From IMG/VR virus record IMGVR_UViG_3300028735_000003, positions 248,001 to 312,000 of that record: a stretch of 64,000 nt of DNA; one strand, given 5' to 3'. The translations under genes and the position numbers were made by a program. The notes under the pieces are model-generated. The model made no database searches. It saw only the letters and a list, made by a program, of their open reading frames with translations, and was not told where the DNA came from. Below, in pieces: positions 9,758-19,766 of this stretch (its first letter is position 1; each line of letters starts with the position of its first letter).

Positions 9758-10465
9758 TTATTGTCTTAATCTATCTTCTCTAGAATCAAAAATATTATAG
9801 AATGGGGCATCAAATGCTTTAGTTTGATTAGATACATCACCGCCAGGAACCTTTGTTCCATTATTTAGAGTGAACCCAGTTTCAAAATTATAAATCTTTT
9901 TATCTAACTCACACTGCCACATATGTTCACCTACACGAGCCATTTGCGCCCCGGGATGGTCTGGACAATATCTAGAACTTAATGGTGCCTCTAATATATC
10001 CATTTGTTTTGTCATATTACTATTTTCTATTAACTTTTCAGAATCAGCGATTTTGTTTACTTCAGATAAGTCCTTTCTTGGTTGCTCATATTTTTTTTTA
10101 ACTTCTTCCAGCCTTTTGTCTAAAAGATCTTGCCTCTGAGCAACAGCATCAGGAGGAGATGCGATTGTTAATAGAAGTTCATCTATTACAGAGGCTTGTT
10201 TTTGTAAAGCTGGATCACCAGATTCATCAAGAGCCGTAGCAAGATTTGCTAATTCTTCTACTGATTCAGGAGTTATCTTAGATTCTTCAGGTGGTTCTAT
10301 ATCTTCAACCGCTTCCGCAGTTATTTTTAACAAAGCCGCTGCTTGAACACAAGAGTTTGCAACAATTTGCAAACATTCTTCGTCATATTCTGCAAGTAGT
10401 ATTGCTTCATTATCTGGACTTTCAAGCCAAGATGCTATTGCTGTTAACATTTCTGATATTCTCAT
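9758..10465 (-). CDS. Hypothetical protein with C-terminal Cys/His cluster
   Basis: CPDHPG...WQC motif; GGAG RBS. Confidence 0.7.
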   Translation of the reverse strand: MRISEMLTAIASWLESPDNEAILLAEYDEECLQIVANSCVQAAALLKITAEAVEDIEPPEESKITPESVEELANLATALDESGDPALQKQASVIDELLLTIASPPDAVAQRQDLLDKRLEEVKKKYEQPRKDLSEVNKIADSEKLIENSNMTKQMDILEAPLSSRYCPDHPGAQMARVGEHMWQCELDKKIYNFETGFTLNNGTKVPGGDVSNQTKAFDAPFYNIFDSREDRLRQ

Positions 10466-10527
10466 ATTACTCCACCTTCATTGCATTCGCCTTCACCGCC
10501 TAAGAACCTCTCTCATTTTTATAGTCT

Positions 10528-11418
10528 TTATATTTTAAATTCTTTTACACCAGCATTACGTAATTCCTCTTTGAATTCGTAGACATCTTTGGCAAATCCG
10601 CTATCAAATTTGGGCTTAGTTCTGCTATTATTCCATGCCCTAATTATATCTACCAAACGATTTCTCAAATTTATTGCAGTTTCTTTCAATTCTTCATTAG
10701 GTAAGGTATTTGGAGCATTATAAATATAATACCACAATGGATCCTCAACAGAATCTATTCCATAATAATCACCCATTGCTAACAAAAATGCCTTTATAAG
10801 ATGTCGATCAAGAATTTTCATATCAATATCACCGACCTCAGTAATTCCTGGTTCGTTATATTGCGCAACTAATTCTGAATCCACACCGCGAGCTTCCCAA
10901 ATAGACTTTATCTTCTCAAGCCTAGGAGCAAAAGATTTTGCAAAATTATATACACCCTGTATTATTTTGTCTCTATATTCTTTACCTGGAACATTTATAT
11001 TATGAGTATCTTTTATTTTCTCATATATAGCATAATCATTCGTAATGTTATTCAGATGTACCAATAGAGTACATATTCTATCATAAAACTCGTTTTTATC
11101 CATTGGATTATCTGGTGTTTCTTCCTCTAATTTAGTTCCGAATTCAGAGGCTGCGTTTAAAAAACTCATAGCAAGACCTTTGCGCTGTTTGCCTCCTGGT
11201 GTAACATTGCTCTGTTCAATTCTATATAATTCTCTTATAGCGTTGAATCTGGATAGAACGCCAGTTGTTTTTGAGGAATGACCTAAAATAGCTCTTAGAA
11301 CGCCAAGCATTTCGCCTTTGTGTTCTTTCAACATTTCGTCATCTGATTTAGCAGCAAATGACAAAATCTTATACTTGTAATTATAGATATCTGCTAATCT
11401 AAACAATCGTTGAGTCAT
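10528..11418 (-). CDS. Hypothetical protein
   Basis: 296 aa ORF, tightly packed. Confidence 0.65.
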   Translation of the reverse strand: MTQRLFRLADIYNYKYKILSFAAKSDDEMLKEHKGEMLGVLRAILGHSSKTTGVLSRFNAIRELYRIEQSNVTPGGKQRKGLAMSFLNAASEFGTKLEEETPDNPMDKNEFYDRICTLLVHLNNITNDYAIYEKIKDTHNINVPGKEYRDKIIQGVYNFAKSFAPRLEKIKSIWEARGVDSELVAQYNEPGITEVGDIDMKILDRHLIKAFLLAMGDYYGIDSVEDPLWYYIYNAPNTLPNEELKETAINLRNRLVDIIRAWNNSRTKPKFDSGFAKDVYEFKEELRNAGVKEFKI

Positions 11419-11421
11419 GAT

Positions 11422-13035
11422 TTATCCAAAAATTTTAGCATTCATAAAGCTTGCACCCTCATATGTTTCATCCATTCCGCGTCTGTATAATGGTCGACAA
11501 TTACCATCCTTATCCTGATAAACCTTATGTAATGGCAAACCAGTATGTCCACATATTGGGTACTTGCTAACCTTGCTATCACTAATAATCATGTTGCAAT
11601 GATTAGCAGAAGATGCTTCTACCCTCTTAGTTCCTAATCCATGTACAAAAGCTTGGAATCCAGTTGCATAAGCTTTCGCATCTCCAGAATTAGCCAACAC
11701 ATTTAGAGCGTCTTCTGCTTTGGCAACATTACCTTCAGATACTGCAGATCTGATATTATCAATTAATTCACTTGGTTTAAGATCGAACAACGGAGAAGCA
11801 ATTGCTGCTGCCTTATAATCTGATTCGTTGTTGACATATAGATTATCAATATTTTCTTTTTCAAAGACTGACACAGAGCCATTGCACAAAAAGACTGAAG
11901 GTTTATTCACTTTGCCATTAGTAATTTTGACCGGCACCACAAAAGCAACTTTGCCACCATCCAATGAAACACTATAAAATACTGTATTTTCGTTAACATC
12001 AGAAATCGCAAGTTGAGCATTAGAATAACCCATACTAACCAAGTCTCTCATTATATTGTTGCGAACAATATTAATTGTATCTTTACCAAACTTAAATGTT
12101 GCAAATCCAGTTGGTGTTGAAAATCGCTTCTCAAAAGACACAAATTCATCAGATTTTGGAAGGACAACATCTCCTTTTGCTGCTTCATCTACTTTTTGTC
12201 CAATAATTTGCCCCTGGAAGAATTCTGCCTTACCTTGACGAGTAGCATATAATCTTGTAAGAGCTAATTCAGCATCGCTGATTTCTCTGTTTTCGCTAGC
12301 AGCCTTTGTAAGAACACCTAATATATTGGCAGCACTAATCTTAAGCTTAGAACCTGCATTTGCAGTAATATAGTCTTTTACATTGTTGTGATTTAATTCT
12401 TGTGGTCCCAAATTACCCATAAATACAGATGCTTCGGAAATCTTATTATCAACTACTTCAATAGGAACATAAAAACTAGTAATTCCCTTTGGAGTCTCAT
12501 AATCAGCCTTAAGAACAAGAAATTTATCATTACCATCACAAACAGCTAAGGATGTTGGCTTGAGCCCCCAAGAATCCAAATCAGTATTAACTGATACAAC
12601 AGCTTTATTTGCAAGTGCCTGGGAATATAGTTTTAACGGAATATTTTTGTCGAATGCACTATTTAATGCATTTGATAGAATTGGGTCTGCTACTTCATAA
12701 AAATTCAAATTAGTTGAATCATCTCTTGAAGCTGTTTTAACTTTTTTTGGGGCTTCTACGATACCAAGTTCGTCCCTAAATAATTGGGCAAACTTTGTGT
12801 TTGTAGAATACAGCTTTTGATATAGACTTTTAAGATCTCCTCTGCTAATAAATAATGTATTATTAGCTGCCATTTGATCAATAACTCTCAACATAGTTCC
12901 AATTGTTTGGTCATGAGGATATAATTCGAGAGATTTTGCTAATTTAACAGCTAGCACAGGAGTAGCAATCTTATGATTATCCTCTATTGTATTTGTGATA
13001 GAACTAATTAACTGTTGTATTTTATCGAGGCTCAT
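11422..13035 (-). CDS. Hypothetical protein, probably virion-associated, with internally repeated beta domain
   Basis: 537 aa. Two similar segments (SFYVPIEVVDNKISEASVF and AFVVPVKITNGKVNKPSVF). C-terminal Cys cluster. Confidence 0.7.
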   Translation of the reverse strand: MSLDKIQQLISSITNTIEDNHKIATPVLAVKLAKSLELYPHDQTIGTMLRVIDQMAANNTLFISRGDLKSLYQKLYSTNTKFAQLFRDELGIVEAPKKVKTASRDDSTNLNFYEVADPILSNALNSAFDKNIPLKLYSQALANKAVVSVNTDLDSWGLKPTSLAVCDGNDKFLVLKADYETPKGITSFYVPIEVVDNKISEASVFMGNLGPQELNHNNVKDYITANAGSKLKISAANILGVLTKAASENREISDAELALTRLYATRQGKAEFFQGQIIGQKVDEAAKGDVVLPKSDEFVSFEKRFSTPTGFATFKFGKDTINIVRNNIMRDLVSMGYSNAQLAISDVNENTVFYSVSLDGGKVAFVVPVKITNGKVNKPSVFLCNGSVSVFEKENIDNLYVNNESDYKAAAIASPLFDLKPSELIDNIRSAVSEGNVAKAEDALNVLANSGDAKAYATGFQAFVHGLGTKRVEASSANHCNMIISDSKVSKYPICGHTGLPLHKVYQDKDGNCRPLYRRGMDETYEGASFMNAKIFG

Positions 13036-13055
13036 TTAAACACCTATTCCGTAAT

Positions 13056-13517
13056 TTAACCCAATTCAGGGTATTTACTTAATACCTCTTTTTTAGCTGA
13101 TTCACTAAGTTCATTTAACAATGAAGTGACTAATTTTTTATTATTGGCTAACTTTTGTGGTAAATATTGTTCTACCTTTGATAATTCAGAACGTGGAATA
13201 CCCAATTTATTGTACGCTAGTCTAACTAATGGATCTCCCTTATACGATATTTGCATATCGCCACTAATTTTATTAATTGAAACAGACCATGAATTTACTA
13301 TTTTTTCATTTGGATCTGGCTCATAAATAGATACAATATAGTCACCATCGTCAGCGCTCTGAATTTGCCATAGTTTGGCGCCATTGTCATCGTCATTAAA
13401 GCGAACCACATCAAATGCTACCCGTTCTATACGATCTTGTACATCTTGAAGACGATAAGCCTTCTTATAAATAGCTTTTTCTAAATCTGAGTAATTTATA
13501 GCAAATTTCGACATCAC
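13056..13517 (-). CDS. Hypothetical protein
   Basis: 153 aa ORF; AGGAG RBS. Confidence 0.7.
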   Translation of the reverse strand: MMSKFAINYSDLEKAIYKKAYRLQDVQDRIERVAFDVVRFNDDDNGAKLWQIQSADDGDYIVSIYEPDPNEKIVNSWSVSINKISGDMQISYKGDPLVRLAYNKLGIPRSELSKVEQYLPQKLANNKKLVTSLLNELSESAKKEVLSKYPELG

Positions 13518-13621
13518 GTCTCCTATTATACAGAATATGCCATACTATACATAAAGAAATATTGATAATAAGTATACCTTATTCTCTATATTACTATCCA
13601 ATAGAATTCAATTTTATTAGC

Positions 13622-13661
13622 AAAAAAAGAGATGTAGTTTTTAATCATAAAACTACATCTC
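13622..13661 (-). terminator. Rho-independent terminator
   Basis: 13-bp perfect stem GAGATGTAGTTTT/AAAACTACATCTC followed by T7 on the minus strand, downstream of the sigma-like gene. Confidence 0.75.
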
Positions 13662-13678
13662 CTATATACAATTATTGT

Positions 13679-13723
13679 GTCAATCACCACCAACATAATA
13701 CTGGTGGCTTTCTTGACATAAGA
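13679..13723 (-). repeat. Solo IS200/IS605-end-like hairpin, copy A
   Basis: TCTTATGTCAAGAAAGCCACCAGTATTATGTTGGTGGTGATTGAC; 38/45 identical to copy B. Confidence 0.75.
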
Positions 13724-13740
13724 TTATAAATTAAGTTATC

Positions 13741-14181
13741 TTACCAAGTCTCGTCGCGCAACTCTCTCATTTGGCTTAGTATCTCTTTTATACGAACGTC
13801 ATTCTCTATTATTTTTATAATCTTTTTTCTAGCCCCACCATATATCTTCTTGCCATTTTTGTAATCCACATTACCATTTAGTGATTTAGTAATAGAGCTT
13901 TGGTTCACATTAAGCATCTTAGCAATTTCCATCTGTGTGTAACCGTCAGCATATAGTCTAATGACTTCTCTCTGTCTTGGTGTAAGTAAAGTGTCTACAA
14001 CCCTCCAAAATTCAACTTTCAGTTGTTCTTCAAGTTCCATTAAGTCCTCATTATAGCCAAATGGATTTAATCTATTGTAGATTCCCTCCTCATTACAAAA
14101 AGACTCCATCATATCATTACTACAAACTGTTTCGAGCAAAACCCACTGATAATGGTCGCTCCTGTTCTGTCTTTTATTCAT
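13741..14181 (-). CDS. Sigma-70 region 4-like HTH protein
   Basis: LLTPRQREVIRLYADGYTQMEIAKMLNVNQSSITKSL. Start revised to 14181 (GAGGAG RBS). No region 2 recognised. Confidence 0.75.
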   Translation of the reverse strand: MNKRQNRSDHYQWVLLETVCSNDMMESFCNEEGIYNRLNPFGYNEDLMELEEQLKVEFWRVVDTLLTPRQREVIRLYADGYTQMEIAKMLNVNQSSITKSLNGNVDYKNGKKIYGGARKKIIKIIENDVRIKEILSQMRELRDETW

Positions 14182-14199
14182 GATGCTCCTCATTTATGG

Positions 14200-14244
14200 T
14201 CTTATGCCAAGAAGGCCACCAGCCTTGTGCTGGTGGTAATTGAC
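14200..14244 (+). repeat. Solo IS200/IS605-end-like hairpin, copy B
   Basis: TCTTATGCCAAGAAGGCCACCAGCCTTGTGCTGGTGGTAATTGAC; stem CCACCAGC/GCTGGTGG; ends in TTGAC like the right end at 37996. Confidence 0.75.
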
Positions 14245-14300
14245 GATATTTAAAGTTGTATTTTGAGCTTTAAGTTAATCAATATAACTATATCTACTAT

Positions 14301-15056
14301 TTAATCTTTGACAAGAAAAGATAATGACTCATAATCATTATGTGATAGGAACTCGTCTATATCTTTGTATTCCTTGGGCAAATAAAAGTTTCGAATGTTA
14401 GCATATTTCCCGAAACGTTCTACAATACGTCTTCTTCCTCGCTCACCAGCCTCATCATTATCCAACAATAAGAATATATTATTGGTGTATCTGCTAATTA
14501 TAGAAAATTGATAGTAAGTCATATTAGAATTCCCTAACGCAACAATATTTCTAAATCCAGACTCTACAGATTTAATAACATCAAATTGTCCTTCTACTAT
14601 ATAGACACTATCTTGTTGTATAATATTACGTTTATTTTCATATAAGCCAAATAAATAGTTTCTTTTCTGAAAAACAGTATTCTTATATTTTGCTATTCCT
14701 TCTTTAGATCTCTCTTCTTCTGACAATAACGTTCTTCCAACAAGAGCAACTATTTCTCCGTAAGCACTCTTATATGGCATAATAAGAGGATAATTATCAA
14801 AAAATGAAAATAAAAACGTTCTTGGATAAAAAGAGTCTTCAACATCCTTATTATATAGTAGTTTTGTTGAGTACAAATCTTCTTCTGATATTAAAGAGGT
14901 TAAAACCGATATATTACTTATATTCGGAAAATATCCAAATTGAAACATTTCTTGGCTAGTTTTATTAATACGTGAATCAAGATAATCCCTACATTCCTGT
15001 GCCTCTGGAAAGTTCTTTAATAAAAACTGACATGATTCTACGATTTTTTCTAACAT
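14301..15056 (-). CDS. dnaG: DnaG-type primase catalytic core (no zinc-binding domain)
   Basis: IMPYKSAYGEIVALVGR, KYKN, Toprim YIVEGQFD and LLDNDEAG. Confidence 0.88.
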   Translation of the reverse strand: MLEKIVESCQFLLKNFPEAQECRDYLDSRINKTSQEMFQFGYFPNISNISVLTSLISEEDLYSTKLLYNKDVEDSFYPRTFLFSFFDNYPLIMPYKSAYGEIVALVGRTLLSEEERSKEGIAKYKNTVFQKRNYLFGLYENKRNIIQQDSVYIVEGQFDVIKSVESGFRNIVALGNSNMTYYQFSIISRYTNNIFLLLDNDEAGERGRRRIVERFGKYANIRNFYLPKEYKDIDEFLSHNDYESLSFLVKD

Positions 15057-15066
15057 AGCGTCTTCC

Positions 15067-15405
15067 TTATGCTATATCCTTATCTACTGTTTTCAATTTT
15101 TCCTTCAACATATTCTTGAATGGAATACTAAGATTATCTAAAGATTTGCGGCATGAAGAGCATACAATGTCATCATTAAGTAATAATGGTCTATCCTGTT
15201 TTCCACACTTATCGCATTTAACTGCAAAAGATATAGGAACTTTCTTTTTATATTGTTTTAAGTTCTTCATTTGTACTTTTGTAAAGTATGTGACATTTGT
15301 AATCTCTTTATTACAGATAGAGCAATATACTTTATCGTCTTTTGGATCAATATATGGCTCTTGAACCTTACCACAACCTTTGTTATTACATGGCATAGAA
15401 AACAT
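15067..15405 (-). CDS. Double zinc-ribbon hypothetical protein
   Basis: CNNKGC, CSIC, CDKC, CSSC. Confidence 0.7.
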   Translation of the reverse strand: MFSMPCNNKGCGKVQEPYIDPKDDKVYCSICNKEITNVTYFTKVQMKNLKQYKKKVPISFAVKCDKCGKQDRPLLLNDDIVCSSCRKSLDNLSIPFKNMLKEKLKTVDKDIA

Positions 15406-15418
15406 ATTGTACCTTATA

Positions 15419-16357
15419 TTAAGCTAAAACATTAAGCAAAGCTTGTATATTGTCTGGATATTGAACGTTTAATATAACTCTTTGAGATCCAATACCTTCA
15501 ACTCCAAGTTTAGGAATAATCACTTCATCTTTGTTTTTTGATTTTGGAGGTATAGATATATCTATTTCTCCATTTATTGTATTTACCTTTTTATTACAAC
15601 CTGATAATGCTTCTAATAAAGAAATATCGATATGTGATACTACATCACGACCAATAATAGATAAGCCTGGTGCTGGCTCTACTTCAATATGAAGATGTAC
15701 ATCAGTATATTGAGCAAAACCCATAATACTTCCCATATAATTTCCCATTCCGTTTAGACGTAAAACATCGCCAGATTCAACACCACCCGGAATATTTACT
15801 TGAACAGACGATTCCACTTCAATATTTCCTGAAGCATTACACCTCTGACATGGTTGCATTTTACGAACCCCACCACATTTATCACATGTCTGAGAGAATA
15901 TCATTCCTCCGCGCCGCTGCGTAATCATTCCTGATCCCTTACACTTATCACATCCATTATTAATATGTTGTTCTCCTTGGCCTCCACAATTATCGCATTG
16001 TGTATATCTCTTAAAAGAGATATCTTTCTTACAACCAAGAACTGATTCCTTAAACGTGATAGTTATATTAATATTAATTAGCGGAACATAATTTCTATAT
16101 TGTTGTCTACCAAATGGATTTCTTATACCAAATTCATCAAATGGGTTTCTCATTATTGGTGGTTCTTTATCGGTTCCTTTTCCAGATTGAACACATCCAT
16201 AAGCTTCATTGATCTTTTTGAACTTTTCTTCCGCGCCAGGCTCTTTATTTATATCTGGGTGATACTTTCTAGTAAGTTCCCTATAACGTTTTTTAGCCTC
16301 TTCCTGAGAGGCGCTCGTTGGTAATCCTAAAATTGAATATGCTTCTTGTAAATTCAA
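15419..16357 (-). CDS. dnaJ: DnaJ chaperone
   Basis: J domain with HPD; CxxCxGxG repeats; C-terminal substrate-binding domain. Confidence 0.95.
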   Translation of the reverse strand: MNLQEAYSILGLPTSASQEEAKKRYRELTRKYHPDINKEPGAEEKFKKINEAYGCVQSGKGTDKEPPIMRNPFDEFGIRNPFGRQQYRNYVPLININITITFKESVLGCKKDISFKRYTQCDNCGGQGEQHINNGCDKCKGSGMITQRRGGMIFSQTCDKCGGVRKMQPCQRCNASGNIEVESSVQVNIPGGVESGDVLRLNGMGNYMGSIMGFAQYTDVHLHIEVEPAPGLSIIGRDVVSHIDISLLEALSGCNKKVNTINGEIDISIPPKSKNKDEVIIPKLGVEGIGSQRVILNVQYPDNIQALLNVLA

Positions 16358-16986
16358 TGAACTAAACCTTTCTTAACTATTTTAACTTTCTGAGCAACTT
16401 TCTTCTTGGTCTTTTTAACTGTTGCTCTTTTTTGCTTAATTTTCCCGGTTAAAACAAAGGCATAATATAGCGCAACTGCTATGCCGTCCGCTCTATCAAA
16501 ACTTTCGTCAACAATTTTCGTGACTTTACTGCGCTTGCCAGTTTTATACTCATAAGGAAATGTAATCCCTAAATGTTTTGCGACAAGCTCTGGTATATCT
16601 TCTTTTTTGGGAGATATTTTCCCAATTTTCAATCCGTTTCTAATTGTCATTACATTAAACAGTTCTGGTCTAAATTTAAGATAATCAAAAGCCAACACAC
16701 CAATCATTCTATTAAATGTTGTTAACATGATTATGGTATTTGCAGTACTTTTGCCTTTCATGAATTTAATAATGTCTTCTATTCCTATATAGTCTGGCTT
16801 GCATGCAATTATTATATCATTAACTTTATTTCTAGTATCAATTATTCTGTCTATTATTTGCCCATCTTTAATTGGCTTTAAATACCCGGAATCAATTAAT
16901 ATAATGTGTCCAGATGTATTATCTGTTGATACTAATCCCCAACCTATGGTTTCGCTTGAAACGTCAAACCCTAATATTCTACTCAT
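16354..16986 (-). CDS. ruvC: RuvC-like Holliday junction resolvase
   Basis: MSRILGFDVSSETIGWG, YIGIED, DRADGIAVALY. Start revised to 16986. Confidence 0.8.
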   Translation of the reverse strand: MSRILGFDVSSETIGWGLVSTDNTSGHIILIDSGYLKPIKDGQIIDRIIDTRNKVNDIIIACKPDYIGIEDIIKFMKGKSTANTIIMLTTFNRMIGVLAFDYLKFRPELFNVMTIRNGLKIGKISPKKEDIPELVAKHLGITFPYEYKTGKRSKVTKIVDESFDRADGIAVALYYAFVLTGKIKQKRATVKKTKKKVAQKVKIVKKGLVH

Positions 16987-17003
16987 ATCATAGTATATAT
17001 CTA

Positions 17004-17044
17004 CAAAAATAAAGGGGTCTAGACTAAAAGTACTAGACCCCTTT
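17004..17044 (-). terminator. Rho-independent terminator
   Basis: 12-bp stem AAAGGGGTCTAG/CTAGACCCCTTT followed by ATTTTTG on the minus strand, after the SSB gene. Confidence 0.75.
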
Positions 17045-17065
17045 CGCATTTTTTTAGCTTAACGA

Positions 17066-17785
17066 TCAACTTGCGTTTACGCTGTCACCGTCATATGCTG
17101 GGAATAATTCATCATCGTCATCTGACATACTTACTGGTGAAGGGGGTACTTTAACGGATTTATTTGTCTTTTCAGTTTTTGAATATGGTGTTGTCCCCAC
17201 TGCATCTACTGCTAATCCATTGATCTTATCAATTCTCTTTTGAACCATATCTGGTGTAGGTGGAGTAACTCTGCGCTTTAAATCTTCTAAATCAACTTGT
17301 GTATCTTTGATTTTTTGATCCGCTGCAGATAGTGGCTCTTTAGGGATGGGTTGAACTGCATAATATCCAGTTGCACCACCGTTCTTATCGACAACGATAT
17401 CGATATCATACTTGGTAGGATCGCCCCAACGAGCAGTATTACGGGCATATTTTCTTATTTGAGAAAATACTGCATATGAAATATCAAGAATTTGATACTT
17501 GCCAGTTTTACGACTAATTACGCCAATTAGCCAGCGTGGTTTTGGTTTATCTCCTGTTGCGCATAATGGGCAGCTTCCATGAATCATGGAACAGTATACT
17601 TTTTGTCCAAATCCAGTATCACCTTCTTTGTTATACTTATGAACCAAGTATTGGAAAGGTTGTGTTACTAGCCTCATCTCATTAGAGCCTTCATCTAATC
17701 TCAAGAATAAATCCTTCGAATTCTTCTTTTCTGAACCCAAATATAAATCATCATTCCAAGAAACTTCACCAAATGTAGTTGTCAT
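17066..17785 (-). CDS. Phage single-stranded DNA-binding protein (gp32-like)
   Basis: FLRLDEGSNEMRLV, CPLC, acidic/aromatic tail (DDDDELFPAYD); located among recA and ruvC. Confidence 0.65.
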   Translation of the reverse strand: MTTTFGEVSWNDDLYLGSEKKNSKDLFLRLDEGSNEMRLVTQPFQYLVHKYNKEGDTGFGQKVYCSMIHGSCPLCATGDKPKPRWLIGVISRKTGKYQILDISYAVFSQIRKYARNTARWGDPTKYDIDIVVDKNGGATGYYAVQPIPKEPLSAADQKIKDTQVDLEDLKRRVTPPTPDMVQKRIDKINGLAVDAVGTTPYSKTEKTNKSVKVPPSPVSMSDDDDELFPAYDGDSVNAS

Positions 17786-17873
17786 TTTGATCTCCTAATG
17801 TTATTTCATCTGTACTATAAGTACTATATCTACTTAACAAATCGAATGTTATATATCTATTTAACACATTAGA

Positions 17874-18209
17874 TTAGCGTGTTACAAATCTAACATAACG
17901 AGTACGAGTATGATCTGTTGTTCTACCAAACTTTACACTAATTCCCCTGACGCGAATTCTATTAACCACACGATTTAATACAACTCTTAGTGCGCTAGGA
18001 GAACGAGGTAAATTGCTCTTATTTCCTATGTAAGTAACTAATTCTTTTCGCAAATCAGTCATTGTACCTGTCCACACATTTCTATTATCAAGCACCCTCA
18101 AAACACCGTCCAAAACCGTATTATTCACATCGAATTTAACAACTTGCCCGGTCTTCTTAGATATTTTTACATTATTATTTGATATCATTTTATCACCTAT
18201 TGTTTGCAA
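17874..18209 (-). CDS. Hypothetical basic protein
   Basis: 111 aa Arg-rich ORF. Confidence 0.6.
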   Translation of the reverse strand: MQTIGDKMISNNNVKISKKTGQVVKFDVNNTVLDGVLRVLDNRNVWTGTMTDLRKELVTYIGNKSNLPRSPSALRVVLNRVVNRIRVRGISVKFGRTTDHTRTRYVRFVTR

Positions 18210-18230
18210 CTATTTTTGTTATTTTTAACC

Positions 18231-18557
18231 TTATTTTGCCCTGAAAACTAAACTTCTAATACTTACAATTTTGTGCCAGGGCAGCATCACTTCCAAGAAT
18301 AATTCTTTTTCTGCACTTGTCAAGATTTCCGAAAAAGAAGTTATTATCTTGTCTTCCGTCATATTTTTATCAGCATATAGCCCCTTCGCCTGTACAAATC
18401 CGTTCAATAACTCAGGCTTATCTAGCGTAATAAAAAATCGAAAAATTTTCGATTTTCCAACGTTTTGTTCTACTGTAATTAAATACGATGGCTTATTCAT
18501 AACAGGACTTCCAGCAGGAACTCTATTGGACATATTTATTGCAATATCAGTTGACAT
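18231..18557 (-). CDS. Hypothetical protein
   Basis: Start revised to avoid overlap with recA; AAGGA RBS. Confidence 0.6.
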   Translation of the reverse strand: MSTDIAINMSNRVPAGSPVMNKPSYLITVEQNVGKSKIFRFFITLDKPELLNGFVQAKGLYADKNMTEDKIITSFSEILTSAEKELFLEVMLPWHKIVSIRSLVFRAK

Positions 18558-18567
18558 TATCATTCCT

Positions 18568-19755
18568 TTACTTTTTAGATCTTCCCTTCTTAGTAGACTC
18601 AAGAGATTCAGTTGAATCTAAAACCTTTTCAGAGGCATTTCCAAGCTTTCTAAGTGCTTGTTCTGCGCGCTTTTGTTCTAACTTCGCTTCACGGGCTTCA
18701 CCGATCTTAACTATTAATTCTGACGCAAGTATAGGATCTTCTTTAATTGCTTCACAATACTTTGGAAAACCAACCCATTTTTTATCGCCATATTCATGCG
18801 TTAATGATGTTGTTTTTTGTACAACATCATAGTCCAAAGCTAATTGAGCAATTTCTTCATGTTGATCTATAATGCCAACTCCAAAATTAACCTTGAATTC
18901 ACATTTTCTTGGCCAAGGTCCGAACTTAGATTTTTCAATAGTTGCCCTCATACAATGACCAACCTTATTCTCTTTTTCATCCAATACCATTGCGTCTTTT
19001 CTTTGAACTGCTTCAAAATATACGTTAGCACTTAGGAAGTGAGAATATGTATTACCTCCAGAATATGTATGGTCTCCACCATACATATCCATACTATCTT
19101 TCTTGTGATTAATAACAATGAAAGGAACTTTTGCCTTATGCAATTCCAAACTTAGCTTTCTGAATGTAGTCGTCAAGAATCTTGCAAGCAAGGACATATT
19201 CATCTTTCCAACAGCAGCCGTATCTTCACCAGGAGGAAGAATAGATCCAAGGGAATCTAGAACAATCAGATTTATGTTTAACTCTCCCTTAATAATAAGG
19301 TCAAGCAAACCTTCTTTAGATTTACCCTTTAGTATATGTGTCTTAGCATCTTCTTTTGGCACACCTAAAAGCATTTCGAAACATTTACGACCATTAGCAG
19401 CCATATCGCCTTCTACAAGAATAACTCTAGAGGTATCGACTCCTAATATTTCAGCCCAATTAGGATCAAAAGTTTGCTCAGCATCAATAAATACTTGTTG
19501 TGAATTAATATCTTGTTTTTGTGCTTCATAAATAGCAAGAATAGCCATCAATGTCTTACCTGAACCCGCCGGTCCATAGTATTGGATAATACGTCCTTTA
19601 GGCAGTCCACCAGCAGACAAAGCATCATCTAAAGACAACGAACCTGTCGGAATAACAGGAACTTTTTCTCCAATTGTTTCATGGGCAAACCTGTAATCTA
19701 ATTGATCCTCTGATTCAGCATAACTTCTAAAGAATTCATCTAATTTATTTGACAT
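18568..19755 (-). CDS. recA: RecA/UvsX-like recombinase
   Basis: IPTGSLSLDDAL, GLPKGRI, GPAGSGKT, VFIDAE, LIVLDS. Confidence 0.95.
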   Translation of the reverse strand: MSNKLDEFFRSYAESEDQLDYRFAHETIGEKVPVIPTGSLSLDDALSAGGLPKGRIIQYYGPAGSGKTLMAILAIYEAQKQDINSQQVFIDAEQTFDPNWAEILGVDTSRVILVEGDMAANGRKCFEMLLGVPKEDAKTHILKGKSKEGLLDLIIKGELNINLIVLDSLGSILPPGEDTAAVGKMNMSLLARFLTTTFRKLSLELHKAKVPFIVINHKKDSMDMYGGDHTYSGGNTYSHFLSANVYFEAVQRKDAMVLDEKENKVGHCMRATIEKSKFGPWPRKCEFKVNFGVGIIDQHEEIAQLALDYDVVQKTTSLTHEYGDKKWVGFPKYCEAIKEDPILASELIVKIGEAREAKLEQKRAEQALRKLGNASEKVLDSTESLESTKKGRSKK

Positions 19756-19766
19756 ATTATCTCCGT

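Noticed and set aside
13741-14181. RNA-guided sigma/dCas12f-type activator system
   Set aside because: No adjacent TnpB/Cas12f gene and the protein has only a region-4-like HTH; only the flanking hairpins are retained as a finding.
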